From assembly GCA_002450975.1 (NCBI GenBank), contig DKAX01000097.1:1-51524 (forward strand): a stretch of DNA of 51,524 nucleotides, in the 5' to 3' direction. This stretch comes from Proteobacteria bacterium UBA6915 (GTDB taxonomy: Bacteria > Pseudomonadota > Gammaproteobacteria > UBA6915). Within the stretch, counting starts at the first letter, position 1. Each line of letters starts with the position of its first letter. Under the pieces are notes generated by a model that ran no database searches, had not been told where the DNA came from, and saw only the letters and a program-made list of their open reading frames with translations. Made by a program: the position numbers and the translations under genes. Below, piece by piece: positions 9,058-18,188 of the stretch.

Positions 9058-11280
9058 ATGCGGGCTATTTCCTATAAAAAAGTAATTAGTATAAGACGAT
9101 GGCTGCCACAACGAATGGTGCAACAATCCATCGTATTGGTGCTCGTCCTGGTTTTATTAGGCGGTCTCCTGGTCTCGGGACATGTGACGCGGCGCGAAAC
9201 GGCCGAAATGCTGGGCCTGCTCAAGGGGCAGGCAGAGGCCGTGGCCAGCAATCTCGCTATAGCCAGTCAGAGCTATATGTTTGCCACCTACCTGCCAGAG
9301 CTGGAACGCCTGGTTGAACGTTTTGCAAACCATCCTGGCGTCGATGGGATTTCCATCGTTGACAGCGTCGGGAAATCAATGGTCGAAGTGGTACTCATCG
9401 ACGGTCACGTGAAAAAAACCGGTCCCGGGCTAGAATATCCTCCCCCCAAAGATAAGGCCGGTTACATTCAGACGAATGAAAAACAGCTGATTGTCTGGAA
9501 ACCCATTGGCTCTGAATATATTTATGGCTGGGTTCGTGTGAGTTTCAGTCTGGATGTCATTGAGAAACGGCTATCCTTCGTGCGCCGGGATATCGCATGG
9601 GTTTTCACCTGTTTCGGTATCCTGTTTGTCTTGGGTATGGCAATATTTTTTCGCTTTCATATGCGCACTATTGGCGCCGTTGCCGATTTTGCCTCCAATC
9701 TCGATCAGCACTATGGAGAGATTCTGGATGTTTCTACCTATTCGCGCGAATCCGCCCTGTTGGTAGAGGCCATCAATCAGGCATCACTAAACCTGAAAAT
9801 GCAGGAACTGGCCCTGTCCGCCAGTTTTAAAGACCTGGAAACGCAAAAATTCGCGCTGGATCAACACTCCATTGTCAGTATTACCGATACCCGCGGTGTT
9901 ATTACCTACGCCAATGAAAAGTTTTGTCAGGTCTCCCAATTTGATCGGCACGAATTGTTGGGCAATGCCCACAATATGGTGAACTCTGGATATCATAGTA
10001 AGGCGTTTTTTGCCGAAATGTGGCGCACCATCTCGCAGGGGTTAGTGTGGCGCGGGCAGATTAAAAATCGTCGAAAAAATGGCGATCACTATTGGGTTGA
10101 TACTACGATCGTTCCGTTTCCCGATGAGACAGGCCGGCCCTACCAGTACGTATCCATTCGCACGGATATCACCGAATTAAAAAACTACGAATCCACCTTG
10201 CGTCGCCTGGCAGCGTTTCCGGAAAACAATCCTGGCCTGGTCATAAGTCTGGATAGCGAAGGACACCTTGCCTACGCCAATCCGACGACGGTGGCTCTTA
10301 TGCAACGACTGACACAGGCCGGGAGTCCAGTCATGTCCTTCTTGCCGACGAACTATCTTAACCTGGTACGCCGTTGCCTTGCGACTAGCCTGGGCATCAG
10401 TGGAATGGAGGTGGAGCTTTTCGACAAGATCTGGATGTGGGTGTTTCATCCGGTGAAAAATCAACCAGTGGTGCACTGTTATGCCCTGGAGATTTCAGAA
10501 CGCAAACAAATGGAAAATGCCCTGATCGAAAAGGAGAAGCAGATAAGCCATACCATGAAGATGCAGGCTATTGGTACTCTGGCAGGTGGTATCGCTCACG
10601 ACTTTAACAATATCCTGATGGCCATGATGAACTATGCAGATCTGGCGTTGATGGACAGTACGCCGGACAGTGAACAATACAACGCTATTGAACAAATCCT
10701 CAACGGCGGGCATAGAGCTTCGGATTTGGTTGCGCGAATTTTGGATTTCTCTCGTCAGGATGGCAGTGATCAGCAAACAATCATGCCGGAGATGTTTATC
10801 AAGGACATTTTGCGCTTGCTGCGTGCATCGTTACCTACCAATGCGCTATTGCGTGAAGATTATCAAACAGACAAGGCCATAGTAGTTAATCCGGTTCAAC
10901 TCCAGCAAGTGGTAATGAATCTTGGTGTCAATGCTGGCCAGGCAATCGGCACGGATCAGGGGGTAATCGAGGTGATACTGCGCGAAGAAGTCCTGAGCGA
11001 GCCTGTACATACCTTGCAGAATACCTTGCAACCAGGTTTGTATGTGGTTTTGATTGTCAAGGACAACGGTAAAGGAATGTCTGAGGCGATTGCGCAGCGG
11101 ATTTTCGAGCCTTTTTTTACCACAAAACAGGTGGGAGAGGGCAATGGCATGGGCCTGGCTGCTGTGCATGGCATTGTCAAAGAGGCTGGTGGCGGGGTCG
11201 TGGTGCGTTCTTCTCCGGGGGAGGGGGCTGAGTTTCTCGTCTATTTTCCACCGGCAAAAAATGATGTTGTTAACAATTAA
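9058..11280 (+). CDS. Membrane sensor histidine kinase with periplasmic domain and PAS domains
   Basis: Two TM segments flank a domain of about 150 aa. There is a PAS S-box (SIVSITDTRGVITYANEKFCQVSQF...DHYWVDTTIVPF), an H-box (GGIAHDFNNILMAM) and HATPase N/G boxes (NLGVNAGQA, DNGKGM, GNGMGLA). Confidence 0.85.
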   Translation: MRAISYKKVISIRRWLPQRMVQQSIVLVLVLVLLGGLLVSGHVTRRETAEMLGLLKGQAEAVASNLAIASQSYMFATYLPELERLVERFANHPGVDGISIVDSVGKSMVEVVLIDGHVKKTGPGLEYPPPKDKAGYIQTNEKQLIVWKPIGSEYIYGWVRVSFSLDVIEKRLSFVRRDIAWVFTCFGILFVLGMAIFFRFHMRTIGAVADFASNLDQHYGEILDVSTYSRESALLVEAINQASLNLKMQELALSASFKDLETQKFALDQHSIVSITDTRGVITYANEKFCQVSQFDRHELLGNAHNMVNSGYHSKAFFAEMWRTISQGLVWRGQIKNRRKNGDHYWVDTTIVPFPDETGRPYQYVSIRTDITELKNYESTLRRLAAFPENNPGLVISLDSEGHLAYANPTTVALMQRLTQAGSPVMSFLPTNYLNLVRRCLATSLGISGMEVELFDKIWMWVFHPVKNQPVVHCYALEISERKQMENALIEKEKQISHTMKMQAIGTLAGGIAHDFNNILMAMMNYADLALMDSTPDSEQYNAIEQILNGGHRASDLVARILDFSRQDGSDQQTIMPEMFIKDILRLLRASLPTNALLREDYQTDKAIVVNPVQLQQVVMNLGVNAGQAIGTDQGVIEVILREEVLSEPVHTLQNTLQPGLYVVLIVKDNGKGMSEAIAQRIFEPFFTTKQVGEGNGMGLAAVHGIVKEAGGGVVVRSSPGEGAEFLVYFPPAKNDVVNN

Positions 11281-11307
11281 AACAGTGTTCTTGTGGGAGA
11301 GAAGGTG

Positions 11308-12240
11308 ATGAGGAAAATTTATATTGCCGCGCTCATTTGGTTGAGTACAGGGCAGGTTCAGGCACAGACGTGTCTGTTGGTGATGTCATACCATCAGGGA
11401 TATGCCTGGAACGATGGCGTCGAGGAGGGGGTGCGCAACATCCTTGATGGACGTTGCCGGTTGCAGGTGCGTTATATGGATACCAAACGCAACAAAACCG
11501 AGGAGCATGCGGTTGCTGTGGCACTCGATATCAAACGGGATATCGACAAAATCAAACCCGATATAGTCATTGCCGCTGACGATAATGTCTCTCGCTATAT
11601 TGTCCAGCCTTTCCTCAAGGATGGCGATATTCCAGTGGTGTTCTGCGCAGTCAATTGGAGTGCGGATAAATATGGATACCCCTATAAGAATGCTACCGGC
11701 ATGATCGAGGTGGCACCGCTGCTACCGTTACTGCGGGTTATTCGACAAGTTGATAACAAGGCACGCAGAGGGATTTACCTGGGGGCGAATACGTTCACTG
11801 AGGAGCAAAATTATCAACGCGTGCGAGAGACTTATGCCAAGGAGGGCATGGTTTTGGATGTGATTTATGCCGATAACATGAAAAACTGGATAAAGGGGTT
11901 TCGTGAGGCACAGGCGGCGGACTTTTTAGTACTGGGCAGCAGTGCCGGAGTCAAAGACTGGAATGACGAAAAGGCGTTGGAAACGGCCAGGCATGATAGC
12001 AAGGTTTTTTCCGTGACGAACCATCAATGGATGGAGGCGTTTGCGATGTATGCAATGAATAAGGTACCTCAGGAACAGGGGGAGTGGGCGGCGGAAGCCG
12101 CTTTACGCATACTTTCCGGGGTAAGTCCTGCCCAAATACCGATATCGGTCAATCGTAAATGGACGTCGAATGTAAACCGGGAACTCATTGGCAAGGCGGG
12201 GCTGAATATGGCTATTTTTAAATCAGGAGGCCAAGAATGA
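11308..12240 (+). CDS. Periplasmic ABC-type substrate-binding-like protein
   Basis: Signal peptide MRKIYIAALIWLSTGQVQA. Overall it resembles ABC_sub_bind-type (PF04392-like) periplasmic proteins, recognised by eye only. The ORF-track start at 11293 is GTG; the ATG at 11308 has a GGGAGAGAAGG RBS. Confidence 0.5.
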   Translation: MRKIYIAALIWLSTGQVQAQTCLLVMSYHQGYAWNDGVEEGVRNILDGRCRLQVRYMDTKRNKTEEHAVAVALDIKRDIDKIKPDIVIAADDNVSRYIVQPFLKDGDIPVVFCAVNWSADKYGYPYKNATGMIEVAPLLPLLRVIRQVDNKARRGIYLGANTFTEEQNYQRVRETYAKEGMVLDVIYADNMKNWIKGFREAQAADFLVLGSSAGVKDWNDEKALETARHDSKVFSVTNHQWMEAFAMYAMNKVPQEQGEWAAEAALRILSGVSPAQIPISVNRKWTSNVNRELIGKAGLNMAIFKSGGQE

Positions 12241-12626
12241 AGCGAGTGATGATTGTTGATGATGAAGAGCAAATACGCGATGTTCTGATGAAGATCCTGC
12301 AGCGACATGGCTACCAGGTGGTTGTGGCGGAACATGGTCGACAGGCGGTCTCCATCTTCGAAAGCAATCCAGTCGATCTGATTATTACCGACATTACTAT
12401 GCCGCAAATGGATGGCTTGGAAACCATCAGGACTATATTGAGCAACAATCCGCAGGTGCCGATTATTGCCATTTCCGGAGGCGGCCATCGGTTCCCCGAT
12501 TATTTTTTACCCATGGCGCAACAGAGTGGGGCAAAGATGGTACTGAAGAAACCAATTCGTTCACAGGAACTGGTCAAGGCGGTGGAAAGTCTTATCGGTG
12601 GCGGGGCGATTGGCGCTGGTGTTTGA
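12237..12626 (+). CDS. Single-domain response regulator (CheY-like receiver)
   Basis: IVDDEE acidic pocket, phospho-acceptor context LIITDITMPQMDG, and conserved Lys context MVLKKP. The ATGA start overlaps the upstream stop. Confidence 0.85.
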   Translation: MKRVMIVDDEEQIRDVLMKILQRHGYQVVVAEHGRQAVSIFESNPVDLIITDITMPQMDGLETIRTILSNNPQVPIIAISGGGHRFPDYFLPMAQQSGAKMVLKKPIRSQELVKAVESLIGGGAIGAGV

Positions 12627-12668
12627 AAAAACACTATACTAAAAAACGCGTTTTGTCGGTCGTATGTG

Positions 12669-13169
12669 CTACTGGCTATCTAACTGGGCACGCATGGTAT
12701 TCAGTTGGAACAGACATTTTGCACGGGCAAGCTGCAGTTGTGGATCGGTCACCGTATGCAGTGCATTGATGGTTTTAAGCAGATAGTTAAGACTGACCGT
12801 GGTGTCTCTATCGTTGTACGGTACATTGCAGATCTCTTCGGCTGTAAAAGGAGCGTCAACATATCGTAAAACCTGCTCCGGGACGACGGCAATGGAGCGG
12901 GCGACTGCCATATTCAGTGCAGGGGTTGTTTGCGAGTCCGTTCCCCGGCGCAGGAGGGGAGCGAGTCTCAACCACTGATTCTTGCCGGTTTCTATATGGG
13001 CCAGGACCTGTTCCCAGCGCTGGTGCAGTACCAAATCCTGGACGGTTTTATCCACCCCTTTTTGATTGATATCCTCGAGAATGACGTCCTGTTCATTGAG
13101 CGCACCGGACGAACAGCCACAAAGAAACTCCATGCTCAATAGAGCAATGGTGTAGAACAAAATTTTCAC
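12669..13169 (-). CDS. Hypothetical lipoprotein
   Basis: GTG start with a GAGGGGG RBS. The signal peptide ends in a lipobox-like FLCGC/SSG. No recognisable domain. Confidence 0.45.
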   Translation of the reverse strand: MKILFYTIALLSMEFLCGCSSGALNEQDVILEDINQKGVDKTVQDLVLHQRWEQVLAHIETGKNQWLRLAPLLRRGTDSQTTPALNMAVARSIAVVPEQVLRYVDAPFTAEEICNVPYNDRDTTVSLNYLLKTINALHTVTDPQLQLARAKCLFQLNTMRAQLDSQ

Positions 13170-13357
13170 GTCGACCCCCTCGCATTGTACCGGACCAGCG
13201 ATTGCAGGCGCGATGGGCCGGTTTGCAGTAATTATCTATAAACGAACTGCGGACGTCCGGTCTCGTTAATGGGTGTTTTATTATATATATAGAGTGAAAT
13301 CTTAGGTAACGGAACTCCGAAAAGCAAGAATTCTCACTTTGATAAAGATATTACTAC

Positions 13358-15199
13358 CTAGTGATTGACTGATGGATTAGTATCCATCAGCGATTCGGCG
13401 GTCTCCGCTGGCAGAAGAAATTGTGGTCGCCCGTAGAAGTGACCCTGTGCCCAGTCGATACCAATGTCGCGTAGCCGGTCAGAGATTTCACGATTCTCCA
13501 CATATTCTGCGACGGTTCGCATGTTCAATTGACTGGCAGTATCCTGTAAACCACGCAGTATGGCTTCGACCTTAGGGTCATGTATCCGTCTGACCAGTCC
13601 ACCGTCTATTTTCAAGATGCTAATAGGTAGTTCCACCAGATATTGATAGGAGGAGTAGCCGCTACCGAAATCATCGATAGCCAATTGAATACCGGCTTTG
13701 ACGACGGGATCAAGCAGCTCACGTATGGCATCGAAATCGGTAAAGGTCTCGCGTTCCGTGATTTCCAGCACCAGATTATGTTTGCCATATGCCGGTTGCA
13801 CCTGCTCGGCCAATTGTAAAATTTCCTGTACCAATTCCCCATGCCGCAATAGATCGGTGGACATATTGATAAACAAAAGGGGAGGTTCGGTCCCTGCATT
13901 TTGCAGAGCAGCCTGATGGATCAGTGCCTGCTTTATGATGGAGTAGTCGATACGATACAACAATTGCAATCGGTGAGCGGCATCGATAAAACTGCTGGCA
14001 TCCAGTACCTGCCCGTCGGGCCGAATCAGGCGCGCCAATACTTCATTGGCCACTACCTGGCCCGTATTCAGATCGATGATGGGGTGCACTGCCGGGACGA
14101 TGCGATTGTGTTTCAATGCACTCTCGAGCACGCTACCCGTGCTGTGAACGCGCTGATATTTTCCCTGAGCGCTGACAACACGATTCCGGCCGGTATGCTT
14201 AGCCTGATAGAGGGCGGAGTCAGCCGCAGCCACCAGTTTTTCCAGGGTATCGCCGTCGTCGGGATAGCAGGCGTAGCCAAAGCTGGCAGTGACATGTATC
14301 TCCGTCTTGTCGAGCATGATCGGGCTGGAGGCGATTTGCGCGCGGAATCGCTCGGCAATCCGTTGCGCCTGGTCATAGGGTGTGTCAGATAACAGGCAGA
14401 GAAATTCCTCGCCACCCCAGCGTCCGATAGTGTCCTCGGAGCGCAGGCCCTGGCGTACCAGGGCGGCAATATGTTGCAGGACAATATCGCCTTTGGAGTG
14501 GCCCAGCCCATCATTAATCAGTTTAAAACGGTCAAGATCGAAAAGAATAATGCTGAATGACCGGCCATGGCGCTGACAGCGCGAAAGTTCACCCTGCATG
14601 ATCTCTTGTAGTCCGCGCCGATTGAAGATGGCTGTGAGTTGGTCATAATTGGCTAGAAAGCTCAATTTGTTCAGCAAAATCGATTGTTCCAGTGAGATGC
14701 CAACCAGATGCGTGAAGGCCTCGAACAAATCCAGACCGATCTTTTCGAAGTAGTCGGCCTGATCGGCGTAAATGGCAAAAAGGCCTGCATGCCCGGCACT
14801 TCGATCACCGAAGGGAAGGCAGACGGTGGAGCGCAACTCATTTTGCAAGGCAAGGGGACGGATACCCTCAAATATTTTTTCTTGGGTGATATCACCTTTG
14901 ACCGGGTGCCAGAGGTCGATTGCCTGTCGGGCAGGACCTTTGGCTTGATCCTTGTTAAAGATCAGACCGTAGCCATATTCCTTCGCCGGGCCGCTGGCAT
15001 AATGCGGACGCAGCGTATCGGCCTGCAGATTACCTTGTATCATCCAAATCAGTCGGATGTGCGGCGATGCGGCAACGAGGCGGTCGCACACCTCCTTGAG
15101 GATGGCATCCGTTTCCTGACCCGAGGCAAGTGTCGTTGTAGCACCGAGCAGTGCCTTGCTTAGTGTTTCTCGTTCACGTAGGACTTCCAGCTGATCCAT
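13358..15199 (-). CDS. GAF-GGDEF-EAL cyclic-di-GMP turnover protein
   Basis: N-terminal GAF-like region. GGDEF domain with RWGGEEFLCLL. EAL domain with NEVLARL, LVLEITE, DDFGSGYSS, LKIDGG and QGHFYGRP. Confidence 0.85.
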   Translation of the reverse strand: MDQLEVLRERETLSKALLGATTTLASGQETDAILKEVCDRLVAASPHIRLIWMIQGNLQADTLRPHYASGPAKEYGYGLIFNKDQAKGPARQAIDLWHPVKGDITQEKIFEGIRPLALQNELRSTVCLPFGDRSAGHAGLFAIYADQADYFEKIGLDLFEAFTHLVGISLEQSILLNKLSFLANYDQLTAIFNRRGLQEIMQGELSRCQRHGRSFSIILFDLDRFKLINDGLGHSKGDIVLQHIAALVRQGLRSEDTIGRWGGEEFLCLLSDTPYDQAQRIAERFRAQIASSPIMLDKTEIHVTASFGYACYPDDGDTLEKLVAAADSALYQAKHTGRNRVVSAQGKYQRVHSTGSVLESALKHNRIVPAVHPIIDLNTGQVVANEVLARLIRPDGQVLDASSFIDAAHRLQLLYRIDYSIIKQALIHQAALQNAGTEPPLLFINMSTDLLRHGELVQEILQLAEQVQPAYGKHNLVLEITERETFTDFDAIRELLDPVVKAGIQLAIDDFGSGYSSYQYLVELPISILKIDGGLVRRIHDPKVEAILRGLQDTASQLNMRTVAEYVENREISDRLRDIGIDWAQGHFYGRPQFLLPAETAESLMDTNPSVNH

Positions 15200-15223
15200 C
15201 GTATTTCCTGACCTGTCTATTAC

Positions 15224-15850
15224 CTATCGGGTAGCAACCACGCAGATACACGCGGGTTTGATATTCAATGTTGTCGTCATGATTTGTTTGAACCCGGCTT
15301 GCGTCAGTTGTTCCGATAATTTTTCCGCCATGGCCTGCGCATCCTTGTCCGTCGCGCCTCGTTGTCGGGGTTGATAAGCCGTTGCTACTGAACCACCGGG
15401 CGGCAGACGCTGATACAAGCGCTTGAACACAGCCACCGGATCGGGCCAGAATTGCACCACATTGGTGGAGAAAACCTTGTTGAAATTCCAGTCCGGCGGC
15501 GGTACGTCAGTGCAAATGTCACCCACCATTAGTGTCATGCGTCGCGCCTTGAGAGCCTTTCGGTTGCGAGCACTTGCCTGTTGAAACATAGTATGCGAGT
15601 GATCAATACCATAATAATGACCCTGATCAATTTTGCGGTGTGCCATTAGCGCCGCGACACCGGGGCCGAAGCCTATCTCCAGCAAACGATCCTGTGGGTG
15701 TAGTTGTAACTGCTCCAATGCCCAACGGTTACGCTCGATATTCGATGCACGTTTGGCCATTATGGTCCCGGCCAGGCGCCCCAACAAGCCGCGCGGCTGT
15801 TTGAATTGTGTGATCAAGCCGGCTATTAATCTTTGCTTAAGCGACGGCAT
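15224..15850 (-). CDS. Class I SAM-dependent methyltransferase
   Basis: Motif I LLEIGFGPGVA with a downstream acidic motif. The start is taken at ATG 15850 (MPSLKQRL). It overlaps the upstream MarR gene by 14 nt, so the two are probably an operon. Confidence 0.75.
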   Translation of the reverse strand: MPSLKQRLIAGLITQFKQPRGLLGRLAGTIMAKRASNIERNRWALEQLQLHPQDRLLEIGFGPGVAALMAHRKIDQGHYYGIDHSHTMFQQASARNRKALKARRMTLMVGDICTDVPPPDWNFNKVFSTNVVQFWPDPVAVFKRLYQRLPPGGSVATAYQPRQRGATDKDAQAMAEKLSEQLTQAGFKQIMTTTLNIKPACICVVATR

Positions 15851-16337
15851 GTGTTTGATCCTCAACTGTTTCCGCTTCGTTTTGGGTGGTACCCTCAGGC
15901 AGGGCAGCATGCAGAGTCCGGGTGAGTTTTTGCAGCGTCGCCAGCGTGATCTCTAGATCCTGCGGCGACACATCCGGCATTGGCAATTCCGTCAAAAACG
16001 CTGCCTCGCGGGCCTTTATTTGCTGAAAGACCGAATGGCCTGTGTCGGTGAGGGCGAACAACGACGAACGTCGGTGCAGCGGATTGGTTATTGGTTCCAC
16101 CCAACCCTGTTCAAGAAGTTCATTGATGGTTGTTTGAATAAACTGTCGCGAAACCTTACGCCGCCTTGCCAGCTCCGGCACCGGTAATGCCCCCTCGAAA
16201 GCCAGATTATCCAGAATGCCGCGCCGACACCCACTCAACTGCTTATCGCGGTGCAAAAACTCGATCGCCACCCGCAGCCCGTGGAATAGATACCGGGATT
16301 GAGCAAAAATCTGGTTGACAAGTGCCAAATGTTTCAA
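15837..16337 (-). CDS. MarR-family transcriptional regulator
   Basis: Winged-helix block LPVPELARRRKVSRQFIQTTINELLEQGWVE...NPLHRRSSLFALTDTG. The ORF has no usable ATG and starts with TTG (16337, or 16328). Confidence 0.7.
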   Translation of the reverse strand: MKHLALVNQIFAQSRYLFHGLRVAIEFLHRDKQLSGCRRGILDNLAFEGALPVPELARRRKVSRQFIQTTINELLEQGWVEPITNPLHRRSSLFALTDTGHSVFQQIKAREAAFLTELPMPDVSPQDLEITLATLQKLTRTLHAALPEGTTQNEAETVEDQTHAVA

Positions 16338-16384
16338 GAAATAGTCTCACTATAGTTACGGGAAAGAACGTTAGGGTGCCAGAA

Positions 16385-16401
16385 TGACAAGATACTTGTC
16401 A
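16385..16401. promoter_or_regulatory. Perfect palindrome TGACAAG-ATA-CTTGTCA, candidate MarR operator
   Basis: 7-bp arms with a 3-nt spacer, 48 nt upstream of the TTG start of the MarR gene at 15837-16337. Function is inferred. Confidence 0.35.
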
Positions 16402-16690
16402 ATAATGACATTGAAAAACTAAGGAAACTGGGCTGGGGGTTAGGTATTGGTCCGTTGTACGCAACATTAGGGATTGCTACGACAGATTCGATATTTATAA
16501 GCTTTTGTGCATAGGAAGCCTAGTAATAGAGGCACGCGAACTTCAGTCTGGCGATTTGGTTTAGCATCCTTCGCCCGGGTTTTTGTACCTGATCGCCGAA
16601 GATTTACTCTGTGAAGCGGTGTACGGCAGCGAGTCTTACGATTATAACTTCTTGATTATATTGTCAGGTAGGATTTATAAATAGCTTTAT

Positions 16691-16730
16691 ATTTGCGCAA
16701 TAGTTGACTGCGCAAATAAAAGGTATATAT
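16691..16730 (+). promoter_or_regulatory. Sigma70-like promoter overlapped by a 9-bp inverted repeat, candidate autoregulated MarR promoter/operator
   Basis: ATTTGCGCA (16691-16699) - N9 - TGCGCAAAT (16709-16717). TTGACT at 16703-16708 and TATATT at 16725-16730 are separated by 16 nt. The element lies about 35 nt upstream of the MarR ATG at 16765. Confidence 0.4.
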
Positions 16731-16764
16731 TTGTGTAGTCAAACATTTCACAAAAGAGGCTGTC

Positions 16765-17184
16765 ATGGCGGAAAGACTAGAAGGGGAGTTGGTGATTCAG
16801 GTCATTAACTTGTATAGCAAGATCCAGAAACGGATTGGCGGTCCTCTTGCTGTACACGGGATCGGACTATCGGAGTATCTCGTACTTTATCAATTGTATT
16901 CAGCGCCAACGCAAAAAATGCGGCGCAGTGATCTTGCCGAGCAGGTCGGATTGAGTCCGTCCGGGATCACCCGGCTTTTAAACCCAATGGAAAAAATAGG
17001 CTTGGTTGAAAAAGAGGAGAATCCTCGCGATGCCCGAGTCAGCCTGGTGACGCTTTCATCGGCGGGTAAACAAATTTTCGAAGACGCGCGGGTTTCGTTT
17101 GATCATGCAGCGGAAATATTACTAAAGCCGCTCGATGCGCAACAATCAAGTGCCTTTTCTACACTGTTGACGATGGTATCGTAA
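16765..17184 (+). CDS. MarR-family transcriptional regulator
   Basis: HGIGLSEYLVLYQL..., wHTH block RRSDLAEQVGLSPSGITRLLNPMEKIGLVEKEENPRDARVSLVTLSSAG, and an AAGAGG RBS. Confidence 0.85.
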   Translation: MAERLEGELVIQVINLYSKIQKRIGGPLAVHGIGLSEYLVLYQLYSAPTQKMRRSDLAEQVGLSPSGITRLLNPMEKIGLVEKEENPRDARVSLVTLSSAGKQIFEDARVSFDHAAEILLKPLDAQQSSAFSTLLTMVS

Positions 17185-17315
17185 ATTTTTCCGAAGCAGC
17201 CGAAAGATCACAATGCGCGACAAGGAAAAAACCAGACCTCTATGCAGATTGGGCTGGGCTACGTAATATCCAACCATTTTCTTATTTTTACATCCCGTAA
17301 AAATGAATGGGTGTC

Positions 17316-17355
17316 CGGTTTGTGCTGACGGTTTGTGCTGTTTCGGTTTGTGCTG
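17316..17355. repeat. Three perfect direct copies of CGGTTTGTGCTG, plus a degenerate fourth copy at 17363
   Basis: Copies lie at 17316-17327, 17329-17340 and 17344-17355. CGGTTTACGCAC follows at 17363-17374. The repeats are 20-80 nt upstream of the nucleotidyltransferase ATG. Confidence 0.8.
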
Positions 17356-17393
17356 TTTTGCGCGGTTTACGCACACAAATAAAGTAGAAAGTT

Positions 17394-18188
17394 ATGATAA
17401 ACGAAGAAATACGTACAGAGATTATGAATCGCCTTAGGGCAGCTGAAGAAGAGCATAATGTTCGAATCATTTATGCTTGTGAGTCGGGAAGCAGGGCATG
17501 GGGTTTTGCATCCACTGACTCAGATTATGATGTACGTTTTATATATGTACGCGATGAGAGTTGGTATCTGAGTTTTGATATTGAATATAGAAGAGATGTA
17601 ATTGAATACCCGATTCTAGACGAAATTGATTGTGGCGGTTGGGATATAAAAAAAGCTCTCTATCTATTTACCAGGACAAATGGTGCGTTTCTTGAGTGGC
17701 TAAATAGCCCGATCAAGTATATTGAAGATGGCGAATTCGCTAATAATATGAGGGCGATCGCACCGGTAGCGCTGAACAAAACAGCGCTTTGTTATCACTA
17801 TAGTCACATGGCGCGTAGGAATGCTCAGGAATATTTGTCAAAAGATAAAGTAAAACTAAAAAAATACTTTTATATATTGAGGCCACTTTTGGCTATACGA
17901 TTTATTGAAAAATACAATATGCCTCCGCCTGTGGAATTTGAAAAGTTGGTTATGGAAGTGGCGCCGGAGAATATAGTGCCAAGTATTAACGAGCTTATCG
18001 TTTTGAAACGTTCTTTGCCGGAACTTGGTGTTGGATGTCCCATATCCGTAATAAATGAATTTATAGATTCTGAGTTGGATAGGCATGGAGAGGTCTTTAA
18101 AGGGCAAGGCAGGCCAGATATTATAAAAGGTGAAGAAATTAGGTATGAGGTCAATAAAATATTTTTAAATGAAATAAAGCGGAAGTAG
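17394..18188 (+). CDS. Nucleotidyltransferase-domain protein (Pol-beta superfamily, YcgL/RlaP-like)
   Basis: The N-terminal YACESGSRAWGFASTDSDYDVRFIY matches the GS...D.D nucleotidyltransferase signature of this family. The gene is AT-rich. Confidence 0.6.
   Translation: MINEEIRTEIMNRLRAAEEEHNVRIIYACESGSRAWGFASTDSDYDVRFIYVRDESWYLSFDIEYRRDVIEYPILDEIDCGGWDIKKALYLFTRTNGAFLEWLNSPIKYIEDGEFANNMRAIAPVALNKTALCYHYSHMARRNAQEYLSKDKVKLKKYFYILRPLLAIRFIEKYNMPPPVEFEKLVMEVAPENIVPSINELIVLKRSLPELGVGCPISVINEFIDSELDRHGEVFKGQGRPDIIKGEEIRYEVNKIFLNEIKRK

Noticed and set aside
12643-12654. Palindrome AAAACGCGTTTT between the convergent receiver and lipoprotein genes, considered as a bidirectional terminator
   Set aside because: The 12-nt palindrome has no loop and an AT-rich, very short stem. 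It is not a credible intrinsic terminator.
17146-17376. 76-aa minus-strand ORF containing KQHKPKQHKP
   Set aside because: The repetitive peptide is simply the translation of the CGGTTTGTGCTG direct repeats. The ORF overlaps the end of the MarR gene and has no RBS. It is better explained as a non-coding repeat array.
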